From Candidatus Fervidifonticultor quintus (lineage in GTDB: Bacteria; Sysuimicrobiota; Sysuimicrobiia; Sysuimicrobiales; Humicultoraceae): DNA of 53,188 bases. The notes under the pieces were generated by a model. It ran no database searches and was not told the DNA's origin. It saw only the letters and a list, made by a program, of their open reading frames with translations. Positions 38,507 to 48,316 of the stretch are shown here, piece after piece. Position numbers and translations under genes: made by a program. Positions within the stretch are counted from its first letter, which is position 1. Each line of letters begins with the position of its first letter. Location of the stretch: positions 1 to 53,188 of the forward strand of contig JAVKIJ010000010.1 in the NCBI GenBank assembly GCA_031459535.1. Direction: 5' to 3'.

Positions 38507-39106
38507 TTATAGACGACGGGCCGGGAACGGCCGAGAGAGCGCCCGGGAGCCAGCCAGCCCGAACCGCCACGGCCGATCGGCGGCCCGGCTGACCCCGATC
38601 CTGGGGCCGACGACGAGAGGCCGCCGCCCGGGCGCGCCGTCGGCGATGTAGAGAGGCGGCCGGGTGAGGTCGGCGCCATTGTGGATGCCCCAGACGGCCA
38701 TGGCCCTCGTGAGGCGTCCCGGACCGGACGCCACCCTCGCCGGCGGCGCCGCGGGCACGCGGCACCGCATGAGCGCCGCGCCCTCGACTGGCTCAAGCGC
38801 GCGCAGGAGCACCGCGCCGGGGGTACCTTGCTCTTCGGTCACCACGTTGAGGCACCAGTGCACGCCGTAGGAGAGATACACGTAGGCGACGCCCGGCGGG
38901 CCGAACATGATGGCGCTGCGGGCGGTCCTGCGGCGGGCGTGGCTGGCACCGTCATCGGCGCCCCCATAGGCCTCGGCCTCGACGATGCGGCCGATGGTCA
39001 GGCCGTCGGCCGTCTGGTGCACCAAGAGGTGCCCGATCAGCGCCCGGGCCACGACCACCGAGTGCCGGGCGAAGAAGCGCCGCGGCAGCGGTCGGGGATG
39101 CCACAC
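38507..39106 (-). CDS. mpg: DNA-3-methyladenine glycosylase (AAG/MPG family)
   Basis: GRIVEAEAY, MFGPPG.AYVYLSYGVH.CLNVV, AVLLRA, GPRIG. Confidence 0.92.
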   Translation of the reverse strand: MWHPRPLPRRFFARHSVVVARALIGHLLVHQTADGLTIGRIVEAEAYGGADDGASHARRRTARSAIMFGPPGVAYVYLSYGVHWCLNVVTEEQGTPGAVLLRALEPVEGAALMRCRVPAAPPARVASGPGRLTRAMAVWGIHNGADLTRPPLYIADGAPGRRPLVVGPRIGVSRAADRPWRFGLAGSRALSRPFPARRL

Positions 39107-39107
39107 G

Positions 39108-40850
39108 CTAGCTCCGACGCCTGGCGGCGCCCGGCCTCCTCCCCAGCAGCTCTCTGAGCTTGGCCAGCGGCAGGGCGTTGATGACGTCCCGGGGCTCCAG
39201 CCACCCGCGACGCGCGACGCTGACGCCCAGGGGCATGTGGCGCAACTGGGCGGCGGAATGGGCGTCGGTGCCGATCTGGAGGCGGACGCCGCGGTCCCTG
39301 GCGAGGCGCACGTGGGTATCCTTCAGGTCGAGCCGCTCGGGCGCGGCGTTGATCTCCAGAATGGTGCCGGTGCGGGCGGCCGCGTCAATGAGCGCCTCGA
39401 CGTCGACCTCGTAGGGATCACGGGCGCCGAGCAGCCGGCCGGTCGGATGCCCGATGATGTCCACGTGCTCGCTCTCCATGGCCTTGATGATGCGCCGGGT
39501 CATCTCCTCGCGGCTCATGCGAAACCGCGTGTGGACCGAGGCAATGACCACGTCGAGGCCGGCCAGGATCTCGTCCGGATAGTCCAGCGTCCCGTCGGCA
39601 CCGATGTCGCACTCGGTTCCCAACAGCACCGCGATCCCGAGCTGCTCCGACAGCTCCCGGACGCGGACCGCGTGGCGCTTCAGGTCGGCTGCTGGCACGC
39701 CCCCTGCCACCTTGAGCGACTGGGAGTGGTCTGTGATGCAGATGTACTCGTAACCCAGGACCTTGGCCGCCTTCGCCATGGCCTCGACGGACTCTGCGCC
39801 GTCGCTCCACGTGGTGTGCATGTGGAGGTCGCCGCGGATGTGACCCGGCTCGATGAGATGGGGCAGCCGGCCGGCGGAGGCCGCCTCCAGCTCGCCCTGG
39901 TCCTCGCGCAGCTCGGGCGGAATCCACGGCAGGCCCAAGGCCGCATAGACGCTCTCTTCGTCGCGCCCGCCGACGCGGCGCTCGTCCCGGACGCGCCACA
40001 CGCCGTACTCGTTGACCTTCAACCCGCGGCGCACCGCGCGCTCCCGGAGCGCGACGTTGTGCTCCTTGCTGCCGGTGAAGTACTGCAGCGCCGCGCCATA
40101 GGCCTCGGGCTCGACGACGCGCAGGTCGGCCTGGAGCCCCACGTTGAGGACCACGCTGGAGCGGGTGGTCCCATGGGAGAGGACCTGTGTGACCTGCGGC
40201 GCGCGGAGGAAGGCCTCCATCACCCGGGTCGGGTCCTTGCTGGTCACCAGGATGTCGATATCACCGATGGTCTCCTTGCGGCGCCGCAGGCTGCCCGCCA
40301 CTTCGATCTCCCGGATCCCCGGGGTGGCGCGCAGGAGGGCCACCAGCTCCTCGGCAACCGGCAGCACCACCCCCAGGGGCCGGCGGGCCGCGCTGCGCCG
40401 CACCGCCGCGATGCCCCGCAGGATGTTCTCTTCGGTCTTGGCGCCCATGCGGGGCAGCTCCCGGATCTTCCCTGCCCTGGCAGCGGCCTCCAACTCGTCG
40501 AGGGAGGTGATGCCCAGCTTCTCGTAGAGCAGCAACGCGGTCTTGGGCCCCACGTCAGAAACCGCCATCAGCGTCGTCAGCCCGGGTGGTAGGGAGGCCG
40601 CCAGATCTTCGTAGACCCTCATGGTGCCGGTCTGCAGGAACTCGACGATCTTCTCGGAGGTGCCCTTGCCGATGCCGGGAATCTTCTCTAGCTCTCCGCG
40701 GGCGGCAATCTCTGCGACGTCCTCCGTCAGTCCCTCGACGGCCCGCGCGGCGCGCCGGTATGCGTTGATGCGGAAGATGGATTCGCCCTTGATCTCCAGC
40801 ATGTCGGCGATCAGGTTAAACCGCTCGGCGATCGCGCGGTTCTGCATCAT
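39108..40850 (-). CDS. polX: DNA polymerase X with PHP domain
   Basis: [48 protein letters not shown]. Confidence 0.95.
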   Translation of the reverse strand: MMQNRAIAERFNLIADMLEIKGESIFRINAYRRAARAVEGLTEDVAEIAARGELEKIPGIGKGTSEKIVEFLQTGTMRVYEDLAASLPPGLTTLMAVSDVGPKTALLLYEKLGITSLDELEAAARAGKIRELPRMGAKTEENILRGIAAVRRSAARRPLGVVLPVAEELVALLRATPGIREIEVAGSLRRRKETIGDIDILVTSKDPTRVMEAFLRAPQVTQVLSHGTTRSSVVLNVGLQADLRVVEPEAYGAALQYFTGSKEHNVALRERAVRRGLKVNEYGVWRVRDERRVGGRDEESVYAALGLPWIPPELREDQGELEAASAGRLPHLIEPGHIRGDLHMHTTWSDGAESVEAMAKAAKVLGYEYICITDHSQSLKVAGGVPAADLKRHAVRVRELSEQLGIAVLLGTECDIGADGTLDYPDEILAGLDVVIASVHTRFRMSREEMTRRIIKAMESEHVDIIGHPTGRLLGARDPYEVDVEALIDAAARTGTILEINAAPERLDLKDTHVRLARDRGVRLQIGTDAHSAAQLRHMPLGVSVARRGWLEPRDVINALPLAKLRELLGRRPGAARRRS

Positions 40851-40857
40851 GGTCCCA

Positions 40858-41376
40858 TCAGAACTTGCTGTCTGGACCCACCGGCGGGAAGGGGATGGGA
40901 CTGACCCTGCGGATGTCCTGGATGTACTGTCGCTGCAGCACGGCCACGTAGCGCACGATGGCCGAGCGTTCCACGTCCTGCGCCAGGCCCGGCGATGGCG
41001 AGGCCAGCAGGATCCCCGTCAGGGCCATCGAGACCGCCAGGGCTTTGATGGCCCCGGCCGCCAGCCCGAGGATCTGGACCAGCATCATGGGCCGCTTGGC
41101 GCCGGGCAGGACGCTGATCACGAGCATGAAGAGCACGTAGAGGAGGCCGAAGGTGAGGGCAAACGCGATCGTTCGCCTCCACTCCGCGCTGAGCGCCTGG
41201 GGCATTAGGCCGCTGTTTGTGAACGCCGCGCCGACCCGGGGGAGCAGGATGGCCGCGAGTACGTACGCCACGACCACGGCCACGGTGCCCAACAGGGCTG
41301 CCGTTGCGCCCTTCAGCAGGCCCTGGACGATGAAGTAGACGAACAGGGCAACCACGACCCAGTCAAGCCACGTCAT
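40858..41376 (-). CDS. CvpA family membrane protein
   Basis: MTWLDWVVV...GLLKG N-terminus, 4 TM segments, position upstream of polX. Confidence 0.75.
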   Translation of the reverse strand: MTWLDWVVVALFVYFIVQGLLKGATAALLGTVAVVVAYVLAAILLPRVGAAFTNSGLMPQALSAEWRRTIAFALTFGLLYVLFMLVISVLPGAKRPMMLVQILGLAAGAIKALAVSMALTGILLASPSPGLAQDVERSAIVRYVAVLQRQYIQDIRRVSPIPFPPVGPDSKF

Positions 41377-41387
41377 GACCCTGCCTC

Positions 41388-43460
41388 CTATGTCCGAATC
41401 CTCACCGGGAGGCGAGCCGGGAGCTCGGCGTAAATGCGGCTCATCACCGCCTCAACCTCCTCTCCGGTGAGGGTCCGATCCGGGGCCCGGAAGCTCAGGG
41501 CATAGGCCAGGTTACGGCGACCGGGCTCCAGGGGCGGCCCTTCGTACACGTCAAAGAGTTCGACATGCTCGAGCAAATCCCCGACCAGATCCCCCAAGAC
41601 GGCCACCACCGTTGCGTGGGGCAGGTCCGTGGGCGCCACGACGGCCACGTCGCGTCGCACCGGCGGGTACCTGGGTACGCCCACGAAGCGCGGCTGGAGC
41701 ACGGCCTGGTCGAGCACGGTCTCGAGGTCGAGCTCCGCGACGAAGGTCCGCCCGGGCAGGTCGAAGCGGGCCGCGACGTCGGGATGGAGTTCGCCTGCAA
41801 GACCCACCCGGCGGTCCCCCAGCATGATCTGCCCAGCTCGGCCCGGATGCAGCCAGGACGGCCTGGGCGCGTGGGCCTCCGCTATCCGGAAGCCATCGAG
41901 CCTCAGCTCTTCTGCCAGGGTTTCCAGCACGCCCTTGAGGTGGAAGAACGTGACGGTCCCCGCGCCCGGTGCCTGGTCCCAGGCGCCCCGCATCCACGGC
42001 CCTCGCATGGCCACGGCCAGGCTCCGCCGCTCGTCCGGTCCGTCGCGTTCGCGACGGAAGATCCGTCCGATTTCGAACAGATGCACGGCGTCGTGCCGTC
42101 GGCTCACGTTGATGCGGACGGCCTCCAGGAATCCGGGCAGCAGCGCCGGCCGCAGGAGGGTGTGGTCTGCCGTCAGCGGGTTCTCAATGGGGACGACCGC
42201 GCGCCACGGGTCGTCGGGCGGGAGGTCGAACCGCTCGAGCAACGGCCAGTTGACCAGGGAGACGGTCATGGCCTCGGTCAGGCCGGCCCGGATCAACGCA
42301 TCGCGCGCGGCCGACTCCGCTTCGAGGCGCAGGGGACGGCGGCCCTGAGCCATGACCTCGACCGGCATCGCCTCCGGAATCCGCGCGTAGCCGTGATGAC
42401 GGGCGACCTCCTCGATCAGGTCTTCTTCACGCTCCAGATCGCGCCGCCCCACCGGCGGCACCACATGGAGGTGATCGTCCGCCCCGCGCACCTCGCACCC
42501 CAGGCGGGTCAGGATCTCGATGACGGTGCCGGCGGCCACGTTGGTCCCCAGCAGGCGGGGGATCCTCGCCAGGCGCAACACGATCGCTGGCCGTGGTGCC
42601 GGCGCCGGATAGGCGTCAACCGCGCCGCGCAACACACGGCCGCCCGCGAGCTGAGCGATCAACCGGGCCGCTCGGCGCGCTGCGCGTAGCGTGATCCCGG
42701 GATCGACGCCGCGCTCAAACCTGGCGCTGGCCTCTGTCCGCAGGCCCAGGCGGCGGCTGGTGCGGCGGATGCTGGCGGGCGCAAACGACGCCGCTTCCAG
42801 CAGCACCGTGCGCGTCTGCGACCCGATCTCGGTCTCGGCGCCGCCCATGATCCCTGCCAGCGCCACGGCCCGCCCGGCATCGGCAATGACCAGCACGTCG
42901 GGGTCGAGCGCGCGCGCCATCCCGTCCAGGGTCACCAGCATCTCGCCGGGCCTGGCGGGCCGCACGACGATCCGCCGACCGGCCAGGGTCTCGATGTCAA
43001 ACGCGTGCAGCGGCTGCCCCCACTCCAGCATGACGTAGTTGGTCGCATCCACGACGTTGCTGATGGGCCTGATCCCCGCGGCCTCCAGGCGGTGGGCGAG
43101 CTCCGGCGGAGACGGCCCGATCGTGACCCGATCGATCACGTGCGCCACATACCGCGGGCAGGCCGTGGGGTCTGCGATCTGCACAGCGGTCACCGAGGCG
43201 GCCGGCGGGTCAACCTCGTCGAGTGCGTCGGGAGGCAGACGCACCTCACGGCGGCCCCACGCGGCCAGTTCGCGCGCGATGCCGATCAGCCCCAGCAGGT
43301 CGGGCCGGTTCGATGCGATCTCCAGATCCAGCACCGCATCGCCGCCGACATCGTCCACGCCATCAACGCCCAGCCCCAGCATCGGCAGATGCTCGAGCAG
43401 CTCTCCCAGCGTCTCGGGCACGTCTACGTACTCTCGAAGCCACGACAGCGGCACGCGCAT
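41388..43460 (-). CDS. pheT: Phenylalanine--tRNA ligase beta subunit (short form)
   Basis: MRVPLSWLREYV, NRPDLL, NVVDATNYVMLEWGQPLHAFD, DLEREEDLIEEVAR, RTLTGEEV. Confidence 0.95.
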   Translation of the reverse strand: MRVPLSWLREYVDVPETLGELLEHLPMLGLGVDGVDDVGGDAVLDLEIASNRPDLLGLIGIARELAAWGRREVRLPPDALDEVDPPAASVTAVQIADPTACPRYVAHVIDRVTIGPSPPELAHRLEAAGIRPISNVVDATNYVMLEWGQPLHAFDIETLAGRRIVVRPARPGEMLVTLDGMARALDPDVLVIADAGRAVALAGIMGGAETEIGSQTRTVLLEAASFAPASIRRTSRRLGLRTEASARFERGVDPGITLRAARRAARLIAQLAGGRVLRGAVDAYPAPAPRPAIVLRLARIPRLLGTNVAAGTVIEILTRLGCEVRGADDHLHVVPPVGRRDLEREEDLIEEVARHHGYARIPEAMPVEVMAQGRRPLRLEAESAARDALIRAGLTEAMTVSLVNWPLLERFDLPPDDPWRAVVPIENPLTADHTLLRPALLPGFLEAVRINVSRRHDAVHLFEIGRIFRRERDGPDERRSLAVAMRGPWMRGAWDQAPGAGTVTFFHLKGVLETLAEELRLDGFRIAEAHAPRPSWLHPGRAGQIMLGDRRVGLAGELHPDVAARFDLPGRTFVAELDLETVLDQAVLQPRFVGVPRYPPVRRDVAVVAPTDLPHATVVAVLGDLVGDLLEHVELFDVYEGPPLEPGRRNLAYALSFRAPDRTLTGEEVEAVMSRIYAELPARLPVRIRT

Positions 43461-44444
43461 CTAGAACTGCTCCAACAGCCTCAGGTCGTTCTCCCACAAC
43501 AACCGGATGTCTGGAATCCCGTAGCGGACCATGGCCGGACGGTCGACGCCCAGTCCGAAGGCGAAGGCTGTGTACCGTTCCGGATCGATCCCTGCCATCT
43601 CGAGCACCCGCGGATGGAACATCCCGCACCCGCCCAGCTCGAGCCACCGGCCCTGAAATGTCACTGCCAGCTCGGCGCTGGGTTCCGTGAAGGGGAAGTA
43701 GCCTGGCTGGAATCGGGTCTTCGTCTGTGGGCCGAACATTTCGCGAGCGAACGAGGTCAGCACGCCCTTGAGATCCGCGAATGTGATATGCTCGCCGACC
43801 ATGAAGCCGTCCACCTGATGGAAGACCGGCATGTGCGTGGCGTCTACCGCGTCCCGGCGATAGCAGCGGCCGAAGGTCAGGATGCGCATGGGCGGCTTCC
43901 GTCCCTCCATGACATGGGCGTCCACCACCGTGGTGTGCGTGCGCAGCATCCAATCGCCGCCGAGGTAGAAGCTGTCCTGCTCATCGCGCGCCGGGTGATC
44001 GGCGGGCATGTTCAGCCGCCCGAAGTTGTACGCGTCGGTCTCGATCTCGGTGCCGTCCACCACCTCGAACCCAAGCCCGATGAAGATGCGCTCCATCTCT
44101 TCCAGCGTGCGCCGCAGCACGTGCCGGCGGCCCAGCGGGGCCCGACGGCCCGGCAGGGTCACGTCGATCCACTCAGCCTCAAAGCGGCGGGCAGCGGCCG
44201 CCGCCGCCAGTTCGCCGCGCCGGGCCTCCAGCGCCGCCTCCAGCGCCGCGCGCGCCTGGTTGAGACGCGCGCCCAGCGCCGGCCGCTCTGAGGCCGGCGC
44301 CTCGGACAGCCGCCGGAGCAGGTCTGTGAGCGCCCCGCGGCGGCCGAGGGTGCTCCGCCGGATCGCCTCAAGGTCATCGAGCGCCGCCGCAGCGCGCGTG
44401 GCGATCATGGCCCGCTCCACGATGCGATCGATCTCATCGCGCAT
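43461..44444 (-). CDS. pheS: Phenylalanine--tRNA ligase alpha subunit
   Basis: HPARDEQDSFY, LRTHT, YRRD..DATH.PVFHQ, YFPFTEPS, GLGVDR. Confidence 0.96.
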   Translation of the reverse strand: MRDEIDRIVERAMIATRAAAALDDLEAIRRSTLGRRGALTDLLRRLSEAPASERPALGARLNQARAALEAALEARRGELAAAAAARRFEAEWIDVTLPGRRAPLGRRHVLRRTLEEMERIFIGLGFEVVDGTEIETDAYNFGRLNMPADHPARDEQDSFYLGGDWMLRTHTTVVDAHVMEGRKPPMRILTFGRCYRRDAVDATHMPVFHQVDGFMVGEHITFADLKGVLTSFAREMFGPQTKTRFQPGYFPFTEPSAELAVTFQGRWLELGGCGMFHPRVLEMAGIDPERYTAFAFGLGVDRPAMVRYGIPDIRLLWENDLRLLEQF

Positions 44445-44464
44445 GACGCCCACTCCACACAAAT

Positions 44465-44735
44465 GACCGAAGCGCTCTCGCCCCAGGGGCGAAAGCGCTT
44501 CGCTTCCGCGGTACCACCCTCATCGGCCGAGCAGATGTCCTCGACCGCTCTACCCCGGATACCGGCGGAGTCCCGACTGGACCTACTGGCGCCCTGGCGC
44601 GTTCAGTCCGGTGGCTTGGGAGCGAACTTCCCGGCGGGCACCACCCGAGGGGGCTTGCAGTCACCGACCCCCACTCCCTGCGCCCCGTATGCGGAGCCGG
44701 GGGCGATCCGCGGTACTCTCTCCCGCATCGCCTGC
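44465..44735 (-). ncRNA. T-box riboswitch (Phe, UUC specifier) upstream of pheST
   Basis: GCGATG, AGAGTA and CAGGGAG/GGTG stem I motifs; specifier GAAG-TTC-G (44624-44626); AGTA box; CCGGTA; T-box GAGGGTGGTACCGCG (about 44507-44521); hairpin 44469-44501. Confidence 0.92.
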
Positions 44736-44739
44736 GTGG

Positions 44740-44868
44740 TCAGTTCAACGAGATTCTGGCGATCATCACCGGCCGCCGTACCAGCCGGCGGTACGCCAGG
44801 TACGCCCATATGGACCCAGTGGCTTCGAACAGGCGCCACGAGACCTCCGCCGACCAGATCAGGTCCAC
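44740..44868 (-). CDS. YqzL-like small protein (42 aa)
   Basis: Not in the ORF track. GGGAGG RBS; MDLIWSAEVSWRLFEATGSIWAYLAYRRL... matches the YqzL pattern W..F..TG.I..YL.Y. Confidence 0.72.
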   Translation of the reverse strand: MDLIWSAEVSWRLFEATGSIWAYLAYRRLVRRPVMIARISLN

Positions 44869-44943
44869 ATCTCCTCCCGAGGTTCACCGGGCAGAAACCC
44901 ACGGTGGATCAGGGTTCCAGCCATCGGCATCGTGGCTGGCGTG

Positions 44944-44972
44944 AGTATAGCACGGCCTGTACACCGAGGCAA
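44944..44972 (-). promoter_or_regulatory. sigma70 promoter (extended -10) for yqzL-like/T-box/pheST
   Basis: TTGCCT-17 bp-TATACT with TG extension. Confidence 0.75.
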
Positions 44973-45015
44973 GCAACAGCGCCGATACCCCACCCACGTG
45001 CCACGCGCCGCTCGC

Positions 45016-45360
45016 TCACCGGAACAGCGCCAGGTACTCGTCGCGGAGCGGGTGAAACGCATCGAGCACCCGGGCCGGACCGGCCAAGGCGCGCGCGCCG
45101 TGCGGCATGCCGCCCAGCACCAGATAGGGATCGCCGGGCCCAAGCCGACGGCGGTCGTCGCCGATCCACATCTCAATGGTGCCGGCCAGCACCACACCGG
45201 CTTGCTCGTGGGGATGCGCATGGGTGGGCACGACAGCATCCTGATCGAAGTCCACCACGGTCAACATCAGCCGGTCGCCCGCCACGATGCGCAGGCGCAC
45301 ACCAGGGAGAACCTCACGCTGCGGCAGGTCGTCGAGGGTGTGAAATCCGGGCCCGAACAT
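45016..45360 (-). CDS. Cupin-domain protein
   Basis: VPTHAHPHEQAG, PGD.Y.V.GG.PHGA, DAFHPLRDEY. Confidence 0.85.
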   Translation of the reverse strand: MFGPGFHTLDDLPQREVLPGVRLRIVAGDRLMLTVVDFDQDAVVPTHAHPHEQAGVVLAGTIEMWIGDDRRRLGPGDPYLVLGGMPHGARALAGPARVLDAFHPLRDEYLALFR

Positions 45361-45389
45361 GCGGTCACCTCCAGCGGCGTCTCATCTGG

Positions 45390-46217
45390 TCATCCGACGC
45401 GTCCGTCGTGGACCGCGCCAACCGCATGGGACGAGGGCGAAGCCACCCGCCGGGTGGCTTCGTAGAGCAACAGCGCCGCGGCAACAGCCGCGTTGAGCGA
45501 CTCCACCGGCCCAAACAGCGGTATTCGCACCCCGGTGCCTGCGGCGAGCCACGCCGGGTCAGGACCCATCGCCTCGTTGCCGACGACGATGGCCAGCGGG
45601 GGCAGGAGTGCCGCCCGGGTGTAGTCCAGGGCACCGCGGGGGTCGGCCACATAGACGGCCGCGCCGGCCGCCCGCAGATGTTCGAGCAGCAGCCGGCCCT
45701 CAAGCCGCAGGATCGGAATTCGGAATGCCGCACCCATGGAGGCCCGCAGCGCCTTAGGCGCCCAGGGGTCTGCCGCCGCGCCTGTCACAGCCACGGCGGT
45801 CGCCGCGGTGGCCGCCGCGGTGCGGATCATCGTGCCCAGGTTTCCCGGGTCCTGGATGCCGTCGGCGACCAGCAGGCGCAGGTCTGCCGCAGCCAGCACC
45901 GCCGTCTGTGCGGAGGCCGGGCGGTGCGCCAGCGCCACGATCCCCTGCGAGGTCACCACGTCGCTGGCCGCCTGGACGACCCGGGGCGTGGCCTCGTGGA
46001 TGCGGACGCCCGCCGCCTCCAGCCTGGCCCGCAACGGCGCCAGGCGTTCGATCACGTCCGTGGCGATCAGCGCCGCCTCGATCCGCACCCGGGCATCGAG
46101 CGCGTCGGCGATCAACCGGGGGCCGTCCAGCACCACTCGCCCTCCCGCATGGCGACCCGACTGCCCAGCGATCTGCCGGAGGGCCTGGACGAGCGGATGC
46201 CGCGTCGAGGTGATCAC
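45390..46217 (-). CDS. TrmH/SpoU family RNA methyltransferase
   Basis: QDPGNLGTMIRTA, RASMGA, VGNEAMG, VESLNAAVAA. Confidence 0.92.
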   Translation of the reverse strand: MITSTRHPLVQALRQIAGQSGRHAGGRVVLDGPRLIADALDARVRIEAALIATDVIERLAPLRARLEAAGVRIHEATPRVVQAASDVVTSQGIVALAHRPASAQTAVLAAADLRLLVADGIQDPGNLGTMIRTAAATAATAVAVTGAAADPWAPKALRASMGAAFRIPILRLEGRLLLEHLRAAGAAVYVADPRGALDYTRAALLPPLAIVVGNEAMGPDPAWLAAGTGVRIPLFGPVESLNAAVAAALLLYEATRRVASPSSHAVGAVHDGRVG

Positions 46218-46879
46218 TTGCCAGACGGTTCCAGGTTCGCCTCCAGTCGGGAGAGCTGCCTGTTCTCGCCGACCACCACCAGGACGTCGCCGGTCTGCAG
46301 CCGGGTCTCAGGTGAGGGCGAGATCATCAACTGACCGTCGCGGCGGATCAGCAACACGCTCACCCCGAACCGGCTCTTGAGGTCCAGCTGGCCCAACGTG
46401 CGGCCAGTCATGCTCTCGGGAATGCTCAACTCCTCAATCGAGAAGGTTGGGGAGAGCTCGAGGTAGTCCAGCACGCCAGGCGCGGCCAGCGTGTGGGCGA
46501 TACGGATGCCCATGTCGCGCTCAGGATACACCACCAGGTGGGCGCCCACGCGCTCGAGCACCTTGCCCTGCCGGTCATCCACCGCCTTGGCCACGATCTT
46601 CTCACACCCCAGCTCGGTCAGGAGCAGCGTGGTGAGGATGCTCTCCTCGATGAAGTCGCCGATCGCAACCACGACCGCGTCGAAGTTGGTGATCCCCACC
46701 CCCCGCAGGGCTTCCTCGTCGGTGCTGTCCAGCTGAACCGCGTGGGTGACCTCGTCGGAGACCGCCCGCAGCGCCTCCTCGTTCTTGTCGATGGCCAGCA
46801 CTTGATGGCCTAACCGGTGGAGCGTGACCGCCAGGCTGCGACCAAACCGTCCCATCCCAATGACCGCGAACTGACCCAT
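46214..46879 (-). CDS. ktrA: Potassium uptake regulatory subunit KtrA/TrkA
   Basis: FAVIGMGRFG, VLAID, YPERDMG, TrkA-C domain. Confidence 0.88.
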   Translation of the reverse strand: MGQFAVIGMGRFGRSLAVTLHRLGHQVLAIDKNEEALRAVSDEVTHAVQLDSTDEEALRGVGITNFDAVVVAIGDFIEESILTTLLLTELGCEKIVAKAVDDRQGKVLERVGAHLVVYPERDMGIRIAHTLAAPGVLDYLELSPTFSIEELSIPESMTGRTLGQLDLKSRFGVSVLLIRRDGQLMISPSPETRLQTGDVLVVVGENRQLSRLEANLEPSGK

Positions 46880-46919
46880 GTCCAGATCTCCTTTGCCCCG
46901 ACTCGCAGACCGGCGCCGC

Positions 46920-48272
46920 CTACCCTACGTAGAGCCGCTCCTCCGGATACCGGATGCGCGGCGGCCGCTGGCGTCGGGTGAGCCCAAACGCCAGGGTCAG
47001 CAGCCCGACCCGGCCAGAGAAGATCGTCAGCATCAGGATCACCCGCGCGGGCGCCGAGAGCGCCGGGGTGATGCCCACAGACAGCCCCACCGTGCCGAAT
47101 CCCGATGCCACCTCGAAGAGCGCCGATAGGAATGGGAGCCGATCCACGCGCGTCAGCAGCGTGGCCATGGTCACCACAAACGCCGCGGAAACGAACGCCA
47201 CCGTGACGGCCTTGTTGACCACATAGGCCGGGATGCGCCGGTGGAACAGCACCGGTTCGGGGACGCCGCGGATGCTGCTCAAGATGACGGCCAGCGGCGC
47301 GACGAACGTGGTGGTCTTGATGCCCCCGCCGGTTCCCCCGGGGGACGCGCCGACGAACATCAGCGCCACGAGCAGCATGAGGCTCGGCTCGGTGAGCGCG
47401 CCGATGTTCACCGTGGCAAACCCCGCGGTCCTCGGGGTCACCGCCTGAAAGAATGCCGCCAGCACCCTCTGTGGTGCGGGCAGTGCACCCAGCGTCCGGG
47501 GATTGTCGAATTCCAGCGCCACGATGAGCAGCGTGCCGGCGGCGATGAGCACCGCCGTGGCCAGCAGCACGGTCCTGGAGTGGAGCGTCAGCCGCCGCGC
47601 GCGCAGATCGAAGATCACCGAGAACCCAATGCCCCCCAGGATGATTAGCCCGGCCACCGTCAGCGACACCACCGGGTCGACGGCGTAGGCCGTCAGGCTC
47701 CTGAACCCACCCATCAGGTCGAAGCCCGCGTTGTTGAATGCTGAGATGCTGTGGAAGATCCCGTAGTACAGGGCCCGAGGCAGAGGCATCTCAAAGGCCC
47801 AGCGGATGGCCAGCACAGCGGCCCCCGCCGCCTCGGCGCCCAGGGTCAGGAGAATCAGCCGCCGTGTGAACCGGACGACCCCTCCGGGATCATAGAGATT
47901 GTGCGCTTCGGTCAGGATGATGCGCTCCCGCAGCCCGATCCTCCAGCCCAGGAGGAGCGCCATGATCGCCCAGGAGGTCATGTAGCCGAACCCGCCGAGC
48001 TGGATGAGCGAGAGAATCACCAGTTCGCCGAAGGTGGAGTAGTGATCGGCCGTATCCACGACGACGAGCCCGGTGACGCAGGTCGCCGACGTGGCGGTGA
48101 AGAGCGCGGTGAGAAAGGGTGTAGGCTCGCTCGACGCCGACGCGATCGGCAGGCTGAGCAGGGTCGCCCCGGCCAGGATGATCGCGGCGAACCCGACCAG
48201 AATCGTCTGTGCCGGGCTCAGGGTCAGCCGAAGGGCCCGTGGGCGACGGGCGAGGGCGATCGAACGGGCCAT
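46920..48272 (-). CDS. ktrB: Potassium uptake membrane subunit KtrB/TrkH
   Basis: TSATCVTGL, SAFNNAGF, RTAGF, GGTGGGIKTTT, FGTVGLS. Confidence 0.9.
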   Translation of the reverse strand: MARSIALARRPRALRLTLSPAQTILVGFAAIILAGATLLSLPIASASSEPTPFLTALFTATSATCVTGLVVVDTADHYSTFGELVILSLIQLGGFGYMTSWAIMALLLGWRIGLRERIILTEAHNLYDPGGVVRFTRRLILLTLGAEAAGAAVLAIRWAFEMPLPRALYYGIFHSISAFNNAGFDLMGGFRSLTAYAVDPVVSLTVAGLIILGGIGFSVIFDLRARRLTLHSRTVLLATAVLIAAGTLLIVALEFDNPRTLGALPAPQRVLAAFFQAVTPRTAGFATVNIGALTEPSLMLLVALMFVGASPGGTGGGIKTTTFVAPLAVILSSIRGVPEPVLFHRRIPAYVVNKAVTVAFVSAAFVVTMATLLTRVDRLPFLSALFEVASGFGTVGLSVGITPALSAPARVILMLTIFSGRVGLLTLAFGLTRRQRPPRIRYPEERLYVG

Positions 48273-48316
48273 GTCACGAGCCGGGCATAGGCGGCAGCCT
48301 CACGGCGCCGGCCGGC

